A stretch of 64,000 bases of DNA from a virus. The stretch spans positions 207,192 through 271,191 of IMG/VR virus record IMGVR_UViG_3300050821_002957. One strand, written 5' to 3'. A model generated the notes under the pieces. It was not told where the DNA came from. It did not search any database and saw nothing but the letters and a program-made list of their open reading frames with translations. Shown one piece after another: positions 38,129 to 47,352 of the stretch (the stretch's first letter is position 1; each line of letters begins with the position of its first letter). The translations under genes were made by a program, and so were the position numbers.

Positions 38129-38427
38129 TTAGCTGGCTTTGACTCCTACTTCCTTCAACTTACGAGGACGGCCTGCTTTGCGTCCCTTTACACGGTCGTA
38201 CACACTGCGCTTGTGACTGTATCTGCGGCTACGAAAGATTTTATAGGCACGCTGAGTCAAAGTTTCGTCTTCTTTCATTTTAACACTCTCGATTGGAGTA
38301 GCGAAAATATTGACCGGGCCGCAGCCTGTAAATTCGTATCCACAGTGTTCGCAGCCGAGACACGGTTCATTCACACAAACACCCGGCGAAAGTTTCTTTG
38401 GTTTATCGTTTGAAAGTTGAAATGCCA
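38129..38427 (-). CDS. Zn-finger protein with C-terminal AT-hook (GRKAGRPRK)
   Basis: 99 aa from ATG 38425-38427. Confidence 0.4.
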
Positions 38428-38436
38428 TGACGGTAT

Positions 38437-38976
38437 CTATGTCACATGTAAATGCATGTGCTGTTGCAAATCCTTTGGTGTCTGACCAGCGAAGCGAATC
38501 ATACCCGAGATGTAATGAGTCCAGCCATCTGGTGTGATTTCGATTTGATGATCGTACATTCCAGGCCGGTCGGAAACGAACATCAAACTTTGAGGACGGC
38601 GTTCGATTCTCCATCCAAATTTGCGAAGCACGGTCATGTACTGATCGGAGACAGGTTTCGGGGCAGGTTGTGCCGCTGCTCCTGGAGATGGCTGTGGAAT
38701 GGGCGCTGGATCGGGCTGTAACGTCGCCAGATCGATTCCATGCTTCTCGGCAAGGCGTTCGGCCTGCTGACGTGCATTGATGCCTTCCGCAGCCGTTCCA
38801 GGCCGGGAAGCCAACGCCATCAAATTTCTGATTGTGGCAACGTGATCTCGTTCTGGACCTGATTTGATCTCTTCGTAATAGAGATGAATCACATTGTCGC
38901 CGATGCCTACACCATGAATGCCATTTTCACCCAGGAACTCATCTCGAATTTTTGCTTTGGTTTCAAGAAGTGTCAT
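38437..38976 (-). CDS. hypothetical protein with Pro-rich linker
   Basis: start MTLLETKAK. Confidence 0.4.
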   Translation of the reverse strand: MTLLETKAKIRDEFLGENGIHGVGIGDNVIHLYYEEIKSGPERDHVATIRNLMALASRPGTAAEGINARQQAERLAEKHGIDLATLQPDPAPIPQPSPGAAAQPAPKPVSDQYMTVLRKFGWRIERRPQSLMFVSDRPGMYDHQIEITPDGWTHYISGMIRFAGQTPKDLQQHMHLHVT

Positions 38977-39191
38977 GTGGTGAAGACTAGTGTTCAGGTT
39001 CCTCCGAAAACACAAAGTCAGCTAGTTTGTCGGCGGTCAACAGTACATCAGAGATCCTGACTGTTGAGCCATTGGAATTCGCAGCAGTTGATTCAAGCTC
39101 CGCTGCGAGTTGCAGAATTTCAAGTTTCAAAAAGCGTGCGTCCGGTTTCTGATCGACTGCTTGGACGGTGATGTTAGTAAGGTTCTTCTCG

Positions 39192-39521
39192 TCACTCATT
39201 GGTTGTGGCGGCTCCTACCATTACATAGCGATTCAGCTTTTCTGCGGTTGCCATTACCTTCTCAAGGCTGACTCGACCGGGCGAGCAAACCAATTCAGTC
39301 CCACGTCCACCTTCTCGGCGAGGTAACCAATAGTTGCCGCCATCCTTTGTGTCTCTGAATTTTTCCATCAATGTGGCGATGTATTCTTCTGCTTTGACCT
39401 TGGGAAGATTGCCCACGTCGATGTAGAAGATTCTTGATTGTGTGCTGCTTTCCTCAATTTGAAATGCCATCTTGAGCGTTTCGAGGCGCAGGAGTTGTTC
39501 GTGTTGCATGTAGTCACTCAT
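39192..39521 (-). CDS. hypothetical protein
   Basis: 109-aa ORF. Confidence 0.35.
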   Translation of the reverse strand: MSDYMQHEQLLRLETLKMAFQIEESSTQSRIFYIDVGNLPKVKAEEYIATLMEKFRDTKDGGNYWLPRREGGRGTELVCSPGRVSLEKVMATAEKLNRYVMVGAATTNE

Positions 39522-39557
39522 GCAACTATATATACGTTCAAGCTCTTGGAAACAGGA

Positions 39558-39842
39558 TCAATTCTCTTGGACTCGTATTCCTATTTCTTCGGCTTCTTGA
39601 GCACAAACCTCAAGCACCACTGCCGGATGCATCCACTGCATTAGCATCGCAGTGGTTCGGCATGTGTCGCAATTTCTAATGTGCTCTTCGATGCCCACCA
39701 TCTTGATAGAATTTGTTACGACGATTTCCACTGCATCAAACGTATTGTCCTGAGCACTAGTAAATGGAAATTGCCGGAAGGGATCTTCATTAAGGAGATC
39801 CAGAATCTGTTCTTCCGTTGCATGAAAACTTAATTTGGCCAT
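39558..39842 (-). CDS. hypothetical protein
   Basis: start MAKLSF. Confidence 0.35.
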   Translation of the reverse strand: MAKLSFHATEEQILDLLNEDPFRQFPFTSAQDNTFDAVEIVVTNSIKMVGIEEHIRNCDTCRTTAMLMQWMHPAVVLEVCAQEAEEIGIRVQEN

Positions 39843-39844
39843 GT

Positions 39845-40144
39845 TCAAAGTTCTGTGGCGACCACTTTCAAAATTGAACGTAAGCGCCACTCGTCGTCGC
39901 CCTCGCACGAAATCAGGCGCAGTGAGAAATATGGAAATCCCATTTGGTTCTTCTCTTCGATCACTTCAAACTCCATACGATCAGGCCGCAGATGCTCTTC
40001 CCACGCTTTGACAATGTGAAGGCGCAACTGCGGAGCAAGATGGCTGAACGCACTATCAGGATTGTCGTATTGGCCGGGAGTGAAAACAATCACTCCCGGC
40101 TTCATTTCAGTTGGCTGATACGCCGTTGGTTTCTTCTTCGCCAT
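39845..40144 (-). CDS. hypothetical protein
   Basis: start MAKKKPTAY. Confidence 0.35.
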   Translation of the reverse strand: MAKKKPTAYQPTEMKPGVIVFTPGQYDNPDSAFSHLAPQLRLHIVKAWEEHLRPDRMEFEVIEEKNQMGFPYFSLRLISCEGDDEWRLRSILKVVATEL

Positions 40145-40748
40145 CTTCGTCTTCTTCCGGCTCGTCGGCGAGCGTTTGCATGAAGGCTTCTTTGGCGGCG
40201 GCATCCATTCCAATCAATTGTAAAAGAGGCGTAGCAGAGACTAACGTGACGCCGTAGTAAGTGCTGTCGGGATTACGAGGTGGACGATCAGGAAGTTGTG
40301 AACCATAGCGGCCTTTCCCAGGTGCTTCTTGAAAGCCACGATAGAACTCGAATGTCTCATCATCGAGATTCACGATGTAGGCGTACTCACAGAACAAACT
40401 ATCGAGTAGGAAGCCGTGAGAATCGATCATGACACCAAGCTCTTCGTCGAGCCACGGAGCGAGACTGCCCTGAGCTTCACGCAACAGGCAATACCAATCC
40501 TCAAGTTTCTGTTTGCTCACTTCGAGGTTGGCCCACTTCTCGTTTGCGGCGATTTGTTCTGCGGTCGGCGGTTCATCGCTGTCGATCAAGACGATGGCTC
40601 GTGCGACCTTTTTCATCTGTTCGATTGACGATCCGATAATGTCGTCAATCAAGTCTGATCCAAGCCCGTCTGGATAGGAGTCGAAATGGTTGTATGTAAC
40701 CTTGTCGAGTCCGTCAATTCTGAATCCGAATGCGCCTCGTGTTCCCAT
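40107..40748 (-). CDS. hypothetical acidic protein
   Basis: 213-aa ORF. Confidence 0.45.
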   Translation of the reverse strand: MGTRGAFGFRIDGLDKVTYNHFDSYPDGLGSDLIDDIIGSSIEQMKKVARAIVLIDSDEPPTAEQIAANEKWANLEVSKQKLEDWYCLLREAQGSLAPWLDEELGVMIDSHGFLLDSLFCEYAYIVNLDDETFEFYRGFQEAPGKGRYGSQLPDRPPRNPDSTYYGVTLVSATPLLQLIGMDAAAKEAFMQTLADEPEEDEDGEEETNGVSAN

Positions 40749-41247
40749 TGTTGGGTCCTTTCGTACTGAATGCTTCTTTCAAAAATGCTGTTTGAATCTT
40801 GAACGCAAGTTGTCGTGGTTCTGTGAATATTGTAACACCCTGCGTCTCTTCGTTGCTGAATGTAAAGTCCACGGCGCTCTGCTGAATGTCCTCAGAAACG
40901 CCAAAAACGGCCAAGAAGCCGTCGATGGACACGATGCTATGGAAAGTGACCTCTTTGATCACGACGCCCGTCTCTTCATACGTCTCACGAATTCCGGCCT
41001 CTTGCCATGACTCATGACGTTCGATGTAACCACCGGGCATACAAAACTCTCCCCGGCCCGGATCGATGTTGCGTTGAAGGCCAAGGATGCCGATGTCGCC
41101 GCCATTTTCATCGACGATGGGCACAGCAATTATGATGATGGGGAATGGATTCAACCAGACATTCCTACCGCAGTTCTCACAATGAAAAGGATAGGCGTTC
41201 GATGCGTACTTGGTTCCGCAGTAATGACAATGATCGTTTGCTTTCAC
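40714..41247 (-). CDS. Nudix hydrolase with N-terminal C4 zinc ribbon (NudC-like)
   Basis: Nudix box GEFCMPGGYIERHESWQEAGIRETYEETG; CHYCG...CENCG upstream. Confidence 0.75.
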   Translation of the reverse strand: MKANDHCHYCGTKYASNAYPFHCENCGRNVWLNPFPIIIIAVPIVDENGGDIGILGLQRNIDPGRGEFCMPGGYIERHESWQEAGIRETYEETGVVIKEVTFHSIVSIDGFLAVFGVSEDIQQSAVDFTFSNEETQGVTIFTEPRQLAFKIQTAFLKEAFSTKGPNNGNTRRIRIQN

Positions 41248-41334
41248 ATTCCGAAGTGTACCACAAAAGAAAGGCCAGCCGAAACAACTGGCTGGCCGTA
41301 GAGAGGAGAAGGAGGAAATTTAGGCGTTGACGAC

Positions 41335-42126
41335 CTAAACAGGCTCGACCGGATAATTCGGCAGACCGAGACCGGCGATATGCTTGCATGAGCCATGAAC
41401 ACGATGGGCCATGCAAGAACACTGCCAGCGATGATTGGTCTTGTGCTGACCGATGGTGTACTCGCTCGTGCTGTCCGTGAATGATTTGACCGTGAAGCGA
41501 TTGGTGTAGAAGGCAGTGTCCTCCAAGCGAGTCGAGGTACGGGGTATCAGTACCTTCGGCAACACAGCGGGAAGCGGTTGGCGCTTCGGAGCACCAGGAA
41601 TATGAACTTCCTCGCACGAGATGTCATTGCCGTCATCGTCGATGCTGACCTTGAAGCAAAAGACCATCGGCAGACCATTGACCATTTTGCCGGTGTCCAC
41701 GACGTAGCGATACTCGATGTCGCAGGGATCTTTCATCATGATGCCACATGAAATGAAATCGAGGCGTTCCTTTTTCGGAACAGAAGTGAACTCACGCTTT
41801 TCGTTCGGGTCCTTTGGATTGTGCGAATGCTCGTGCAGCTTGCCTGCGGCATCTTTGAATTTGTAATCGACGGCGAACATCTCACCGAGGAACACGACGT
41901 ATCGGGCAGCGAGAAAAGCATCGTCATCCAGACGATTGTCCTTGAGCTTCTTGCAACGGCGAAGGAACTTGTACAGATCGACGCCAGCGCCCTTGGGATA
42001 GCCGTCGCTGTGACGATAAACGATGGCGCTAAGATAGGGCTTGTTCGTTACTGGATCGATGTATGTGCTGTCGATGAAGTGTGTCGTTGACCGTGTGCTC
42101 ATGTATCTAAGATAGCAAAGATACAT
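41335..42126 (-). CDS. hypothetical protein with C-terminal SWIM-type Zn finger
   Basis: CSCMAHRVHGSCKH. Confidence 0.45.
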   Translation of the reverse strand: MYLCYLRYMSTRSTTHFIDSTYIDPVTNKPYLSAIVYRHSDGYPKGAGVDLYKFLRRCKKLKDNRLDDDAFLAARYVVFLGEMFAVDYKFKDAAGKLHEHSHNPKDPNEKREFTSVPKKERLDFISCGIMMKDPCDIEYRYVVDTGKMVNGLPMVFCFKVSIDDDGNDISCEEVHIPGAPKRQPLPAVLPKVLIPRTSTRLEDTAFYTNRFTVKSFTDSTSEYTIGQHKTNHRWQCSCMAHRVHGSCKHIAGLGLPNYPVEPV

Positions 42127-42133
42127 CTAAAAG

Positions 42134-42472
42134 TCAACCACAGAGAGGAACTTTATTCTCTTCCTTTTCAACAACTTGAATCCACTTTCTCAGGTAGTAA
42201 CGAGCGTCGTATTTTGTGCTCGTTTCTGCTTGAACAAATGGCGTTGGTTTGCTTTCAAGAATGAGTGGCATCGGCGTGGCTTTCAACATTGCGAGTTTGA
42301 AACGAACGTCGGGCCGTCTATCGAATCGCACGATCATTTCAGGAGCGTATTGAATCGCTGTACCGCCCGGTGTGGATCGTTGTTTAAGAATTTCGATTTT
42401 GAGCGAGTCGTTCATTCTGCTCCAGCATGTACATTTCAAAATACACTGACGACGTGACATCGTTCTCCGCAC
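42134..42472 (-). CDS. hypothetical protein
   Basis: 112-aa ORF. Confidence 0.35.
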   Translation of the reverse strand: MRRTMSRRQCILKCTCWSRMNDSLKIEILKQRSTPGGTAIQYAPEMIVRFDRRPDVRFKLAMLKATPMPLILESKPTPFVQAETSTKYDARYYLRKWIQVVEKEENKVPLCG

Positions 42473-42992
42473 ACGCCAATGCGAGTTTGAAAAACTTTTC
42501 GTCAGTCTTCATGTACTCTTGAAGTTCTGTGATTGCTTGTGCTGCACTCTTAAAAAGAATGCCAATGCCGCCAGCTTCACGCCATGCTTTGATGTTCGCT
42601 TCAAAGTCGTCAATGAGGATGTCGCCGGTCTTTGCGTACTGAGCTTTTTCTTTTTTGTGTGCGACGATCTTTACGAGATCCGGTGTCCACATCAACTCTG
42701 GAAGTTCATTGTCAAGCCAGATGCGTTTGTGCTCATCACTCTTTTCAATGTGCGAAGACGCAGCAGAAAGAATGCCGGGTGTTGCGACTCGGCTGTATCG
42801 CACAAAATTGAACAGTGCTCGTGCGCCATCGACCCACGGAAGATCCCGAAAGAAATATGGATGATCGTTCAACATCGCCCACTTTTCTTCATTGGACCAC
42901 TTCATATTGTGATCCCAAGCCTTGCCGGTTCGACGAGTATAATCACCATCAAATTCGCACAACACGCCATCCATATCAAACCAGACTATCAT
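42384..42992 (-). CDS. 5'(3')-deoxyribonucleotidase-like HAD phosphatase
   Basis: motif I FDMDGVLCEF at N-terminus, GDILIDD near residue 135. Confidence 0.6.
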   Translation of the reverse strand: MIVWFDMDGVLCEFDGDYTRRTGKAWDHNMKWSNEEKWAMLNDHPYFFRDLPWVDGARALFNFVRYSRVATPGILSAASSHIEKSDEHKRIWLDNELPELMWTPDLVKIVAHKKEKAQYAKTGDILIDDFEANIKAWREAGGIGILFKSAAQAITELQEYMKTDEKFFKLALACAENDVTSSVYFEMYMLEQNERLAQNRNS

Positions 42993-43115
42993 TTTTTATC
43001 CCCTCGGAAAGAATCTATCGACGACCCACGCCAATAGACCTAAATAAATCGACCACAAACCCCACAAAAATTCCATACGTTTATTATAACCTGGGAATGT
43101 GGTTTTGACAACTTT

Positions 43116-43172
43116 GGGGAGTTTTTTTGGGACTTAAGAGGCTGGAACGGAGAGTTTTTGGGAGTTAAGAGA
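43116..43172. repeat. imperfect 25-bp direct repeat x2 (GGGGAGTTTTTTTGGGACTTAAGAG / GGAGAGTTTTTGGGAGTTAAGAG)
   Basis: in divergent intergenic region 42993-43383. Confidence 0.4.
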
Positions 43173-43404
43173 GATAAGAAATTTCACTGGAGGCGGCGTA
43201 AGTTTTTGTTTCGATGTGAATCATTTGCCGCAGATTATCGAATTCTAACTTAATGAATTCTCGCTGACATTCCAACGAATCCAGGCATAGCTGTTGCGGG
43301 GTGTTAGTGTCCACGGCGATCTCCATTAAAGAAAGTTCTCTTGGATATATATAGCGTCCCGCATAACTGTCTTAATAACTGGTTTGTCTATGGTAAGATG
43401 GAGC

Positions 43405-43728
43405 ATGTCCAAAACCTTTGAAGTTCCAGATAGGCCAAATAGCAAGACACTGAAAAACATCCACAATGACATGCATGATTGGTTCGGTGTCGATTTGACG
43501 GACGATCAGATTATTCATTATGGCAGGCAGAATCGTCACTTGTGGGCTGACATGCTTAATGGTGAATTTGATACAGTATGTCGAGAACAACTGGCAGATG
43601 AAATGGTTCGAGCAGTTCTCGGCTCTGGTAATGAATGGCCCAGGTATGGCGCTGGCTCACCTGTATTTGAGAAATTTATTGAACGGTTTCGGCCAGCAGC
43701 ACGAGCGGCAGGCATCAAAACCGACTAA
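43405..43728 (+). CDS. hypothetical protein (near-leaderless after TGgTAAGAT)
   Basis: start MSKTFEV. Confidence 0.4.
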   Translation: MSKTFEVPDRPNSKTLKNIHNDMHDWFGVDLTDDQIIHYGRQNRHLWADMLNGEFDTVCREQLADEMVRAVLGSGNEWPRYGAGSPVFEKFIERFRPAARAAGIKTD

Positions 43729-44300
43729 GGATTTGGTGGGATGTCGAGAAATATTCCGCTGTTCCAAAGTTCACATGTGTTGTGGAAGATTGTCGTCGAA
43801 GGCACGATTGCAAAGAGACCATTCATCATTGTCACAGTTACTAACGGTTGCACCATAAAAGTTCCGTTTAATGACATTGCCCATCCGCCGCTGTTAAATG
43901 AAATGTTGCTGTACGCTGTGGTCGGATCTCCTATCAAATTTATGTTCGGTGTCCACATACCAAAACGTACTTCAAGAGTTCTCGCCATTAAAACATTTGT
44001 TGTTATCTTCCATGACAAATCCCAATTTTTAATTAGAATGAATGTCTGATCCTGAGAGACAGCAACACCATAGTTGCTGATCTGAGAATAGCGAAGGTAA
44101 GTAGACGGTATCTTTGCGCTCGACGTTAAAGCGTGTCCTGGGTTAGCGAAGTATGCGTAAGCATGAGCATAGCTGCCGTCCGCATTGAAAATGCACTGAC
44201 GAAAGAATGAATCGTCTGTCTGATTCCACGGCACCTGCGAGACCGCTACACGAGTCTGCGCCGAAGCGACAAGAGCAAAAAACAAAATTAGAAATTTCAT
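43725..44300 (-). CDS. secreted protein with Sec signal peptide
   Basis: MKFLILFFALVASAQT signal; ATG 13 nt downstream of tRNA 3' end. Confidence 0.5.
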   Translation of the reverse strand: MKFLILFFALVASAQTRVAVSQVPWNQTDDSFFRQCIFNADGSYAHAYAYFANPGHALTSSAKIPSTYLRYSQISNYGVAVSQDQTFILIKNWDLSWKITTNVLMARTLEVRFGMWTPNINLIGDPTTAYSNISFNSGGWAMSLNGTFMVQPLVTVTMMNGLFAIVPSTTIFHNTCELWNSGIFLDIPPNP

Positions 44301-44313
44301 GATGTCAGATGTT

Positions 44314-44389
44314 TGGTAGACCCGGTAGGATTCGCACCTACGACCTCATCGATGTCAACGATGCGCTCTAACTACTGAGCTACGGGTCT
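44314..44389 (-). tRNA. tRNA-Val (anticodon GAC), CCA encoded
   Basis: manual cloverleaf: acceptor AGACCCG/CGGGTCT, D stem GCTC/GAGC, anticodon stem CATCG/CGATG loop TTGACAT, T stem GTAGG/CCTAC; D-loop lacks GG, T-loop TGCGAAT. Confidence 0.8.
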
Positions 44390-44785
44390 ATGTGGCTGGA
44401 CAACTATTTACAATTCTCGCAAAGCTCGGATTCGTTTGATTTGATCGGCTGCATACTCTTCTCGATTTTCATCCAAATAGATTGCAGCGAGCTTTCGTAA
44501 TGCTTCCATCAATACTTGCTTGGCTTCGCTAATTTCGTCTCGGCAATCACGTACCTTTTTGGAGTACTTGTCGTGAGCCGTCATTGGTGTGCTTGGTCTC
44601 ATAATCCTCGTCTCCAATCCTTCACCCATTCTAACGCAATCCACTCATGCATTCTTCGATCCAGGTCGCCGTTTCCCACCATCGTGTTTCTGTACCAATG
44701 GTCTTCGGAAAAAATAAGAACTTGGTTACCTCTCGACGATCATTTGCCCTAGGCCAGGAACGTGTCGATGCTGTCCAACGCATTC

Positions 44786-45103
44786 CTATTCTTCTTTCTT
44801 TGCCGGGGTCAGTAACTTCATCGATGTGTTGGAACAGAGGATAGCCTTTTGTCCTTGGATCGGCTCATCAAGTAATACGATGTACGTCTTGATGATGTGA
44901 TCGAGTGCTAGACCAAGTACGGTTCCGGTGCCCCTGATCTGATTCGTGATGTTGAACTGAATGTGATCATCAACATTGAACGTAACTCGAAACGCCGGGT
45001 TATCCAATGAATCTGATTTCACAGTTGGAACGACGAGCTTTTGGCCTTCTGGTGACTCGATAAAATCTTCGGCGGTGATGTTAATTATTTCCTGATTCTT
45101 CAT
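44786..45103 (-). CDS. hypothetical protein
   Basis: 105-aa ORF, AGGAAACA SD. Confidence 0.4.
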   Translation of the reverse strand: MKNQEIINITAEDFIESPEGQKLVVPTVKSDSLDNPAFRVTFNVDDHIQFNITNQIRGTGTVLGLALDHIIKTYIVLLDEPIQGQKAILCSNTSMKLLTPAKKEE

Positions 45104-45689
45104 TGTTTCCTGCTATGTACTGAATACCGTAATTCTGTCCTCGCTTTCCGAAGATCCAACGACCGGCGACCACACCCTTATAGATGTTCGCATTCATTAT
45201 CATGTTGGTCATGTCTGTCATCATCATAACAGATTTCATACCTGTGGTCATCGACTCCAATTCCAAATAGGCAGCGGAACGACCTCGACCATATCCAAGA
45301 ATCTTCATGGTATCATCAAACTCTGCTGGGACACGCCACTGATAGTCGTAATGTCTGATCTGCCAACCAATCCAATTGAGCCAATCCGCTTCGTCTTTCC
45401 ACGTTGGTTTCCCGTCGTAACGCATCGGATTCTGAAAGCCTGCATCACGAACCGCTTTCCATTCTGCCAGTTTGGTGATACAAACTGATTGCCTATCTGC
45501 CCAATGAGGAACATCGCCCGTCTGATTGTGAAACGGAATTTGTATGGTGCTCTTCCTCTTTTTTGTCGGCATAGAACTTTCTCCAAGAATACCACAAAAA
45601 TTTTGGTTGTCAAAAGAATCGGATGTGGTAGGATACGTAAAGAGGCTTCCCTTACAATATGAATTTGAGTTATGAAAATTTGATGGCAA
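45081..45689 (-). CDS. hypothetical protein
   Basis: 202-aa ORF. Confidence 0.45.
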   Translation of the reverse strand: MPSNFHNSNSYCKGSLFTYPTTSDSFDNQNFCGILGESSMPTKKRKSTIQIPFHNQTGDVPHWADRQSVCITKLAEWKAVRDAGFQNPMRYDGKPTWKDEADWLNWIGWQIRHYDYQWRVPAEFDDTMKILGYGRGRSAAYLELESMTTGMKSVMMMTDMTNMIMNANIYKGVVAGRWIFGKRGQNYGIQYIAGNNEESGNN

Positions 45690-46177
45690 GCTGTATCATG
45701 GCAGCAGTAGATATAGCTTTACAAGAAGCAAAGACAACCCCATTGACACCGGGCGCTCATGTCGGTCATGTGGATCTGGAGAAGTACGGCCCAAGGTGGG
45801 GAATACTTCAGACCATCACACCAACCGAAGCAACTGTCGAGATGAAAGACGGTGAAATCATGACTTGGGAAACTGAGGGAATGGTCGATATCGAACGTGT
45901 CGATTCACTCATCAAAGAAAACCAAGAAAAAGTGATGAAGGAAATCATGTTGCTTAATTCCCTGGACGAAAACAACAATGGTGTAGCATTAGAATCCAAT
46001 CCAATGATGATCGGTGGCGCTGACTTGCCGACTCCTGGTTGTGACTGTGATCACTGTGCTACGTTCACACCAGAACAACACGAACAAGCTCGGTTGGTGG
46101 CAGAACAGATGGGGCTGGACATTGATCCGAAATCTTCGACCTATCTTCAATTGAAAGCCGCTGCTGATCTCAACTAG
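45659..46177 (+). CDS. hypothetical protein
   Basis: 172-aa ORF. Confidence 0.45.
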   Translation: MNLSYENLMASCIMAAVDIALQEAKTTPLTPGAHVGHVDLEKYGPRWGILQTITPTEATVEMKDGEIMTWETEGMVDIERVDSLIKENQEKVMKEIMLLNSLDENNNGVALESNPMMIGGADLPTPGCDCDHCATFTPEQHEQARLVAEQMGLDIDPKSSTYLQLKAAADLN

Positions 46178-46542
46178 TCGTTCCAATCTGGAAGTTCCAC
46201 AGTTTGTCCTTTGAGACTGTGGAACGAGTCTGATAGGAATTGAATTTTGCCATCGGTTACATACGAATGGCAACGTTTTGTAGGATCATCACGCCAAACC
46301 ATAATGCTTGGTGTGAAGGTCGGCCTGACGATATCGTTATTCCATCCCCAGACAGGCTCTTGGCCTTTCACTCGTACACCGTGCAGGTATTCGCAGCCGG
46401 GACAGTGAAAGGCCATTTGAATGTCATCTGCTTCTTTGCCGTCGATGGCATTGTCGAAGCGATAAATTTTGTCGCCCACTACTGAATGCTCCAACCACAA
46501 GAATTTTTTAATCCTGTTTTGGTAGGAGTATTCTTCGGCCAA
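46174..46542 (-). CDS. hypothetical Zn-binding protein (CPGC...RCHS)
   Basis: 122-aa ORF. Confidence 0.45.
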   Translation of the reverse strand: MAEEYSYQNRIKKFLWLEHSVVGDKIYRFDNAIDGKEADDIQMAFHCPGCEYLHGVRVKGQEPVWGWNNDIVRPTFTPSIMVWRDDPTKRCHSYVTDGKIQFLSDSFHSLKGQTVELPDWND

Positions 46543-46884
46543 ATGAAATAACTACCGTCCGGGGAGACGGCGGCTTTCAGATCGTAAAGATCATAATAGT
46601 GACCATTGAATTCCTTATCACTGGAATAGGTAGTTGCATCAACATATGCCCACCATGTGTGGTTTGCGAACCTGACGTGTTTTAAGACCATCCCCATTGA
46701 TATCGCTACGTGTTCCTCGATGACCTCTATTGGTAGTCCCACTCCAGGTGACATGTTATGTCTCGTTACTGCGTTGCAAAGTTCTATAAACTTATCTTGT
46801 GTATGAGTCAGTTTCATTTTGTTGATGTCCTTGTGTAGCCATTTGCAAGTTCCCGGATTCGTATCCTCTTGTGTTGTAGACATC

Positions 46885-47262
46885 TTATTTCTTGTCTGCG
46901 TCAGCGACCACTTTGAATTCACCTGAAGGATCACGACATACAAGGACTTCATGCTTCTTGCCTTCGGAGTCTTTCAATTTTTCTTTTTTGCAAGGACTGG
47001 TCGGCTCGACATTATAGCCAGCATAGATCGGGAAGCCCCAATAGCTGTACGGATACCAACCATACCCTAAGCCGAAATTGAATCCATAATAACCACCATA
47101 GTAACCACGAACAACCACTGGAGGACGGTAGACTGGCCCATGATAAACCGGCGAAGAATGAAATGCAGGCGCAGGGTGTGAGTAACCACCGCCGCCACGA
47201 TGTTGTGCAAATACAAATGACGAACAAAGTAGAAGTGTGAGTGAAAGAATAAAGGTCTTCAT
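46885..47262 (-). CDS. secreted Gly/Tyr-rich protein with signal peptide
   Basis: MKTFILSLTLLLCSSFVFAQH then GGGGY...YYGGYYGFNFGLGYGWYPYSYWGF; CTAAATAG box 4 nt upstream. Confidence 0.5.
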   Translation of the reverse strand: MKTFILSLTLLLCSSFVFAQHRGGGGYSHPAPAFHSSPVYHGPVYRPPVVVRGYYGGYYGFNFGLGYGWYPYSYWGFPIYAGYNVEPTSPCKKEKLKDSEGKKHEVLVCRDPSGEFKVVADADKK

Positions 47263-47352
47263 ATGCCTATTTAGACGGATCTTCCAAGTAAATATTTGAG
47301 TGGTGCTATTGAAGCAAGTGGTTGTTTTGAATCACTTTTCATTTACCATGAT

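Noticed and set aside
44326-44336. T-loop G55 in tRNA-Val as a sequencing error
   Set aside because: Cannot be excluded, but the D-loop simultaneously lacks G18-G19, so two independent deviations affect the same tertiary interaction. Reported as a finding rather than dismissed.
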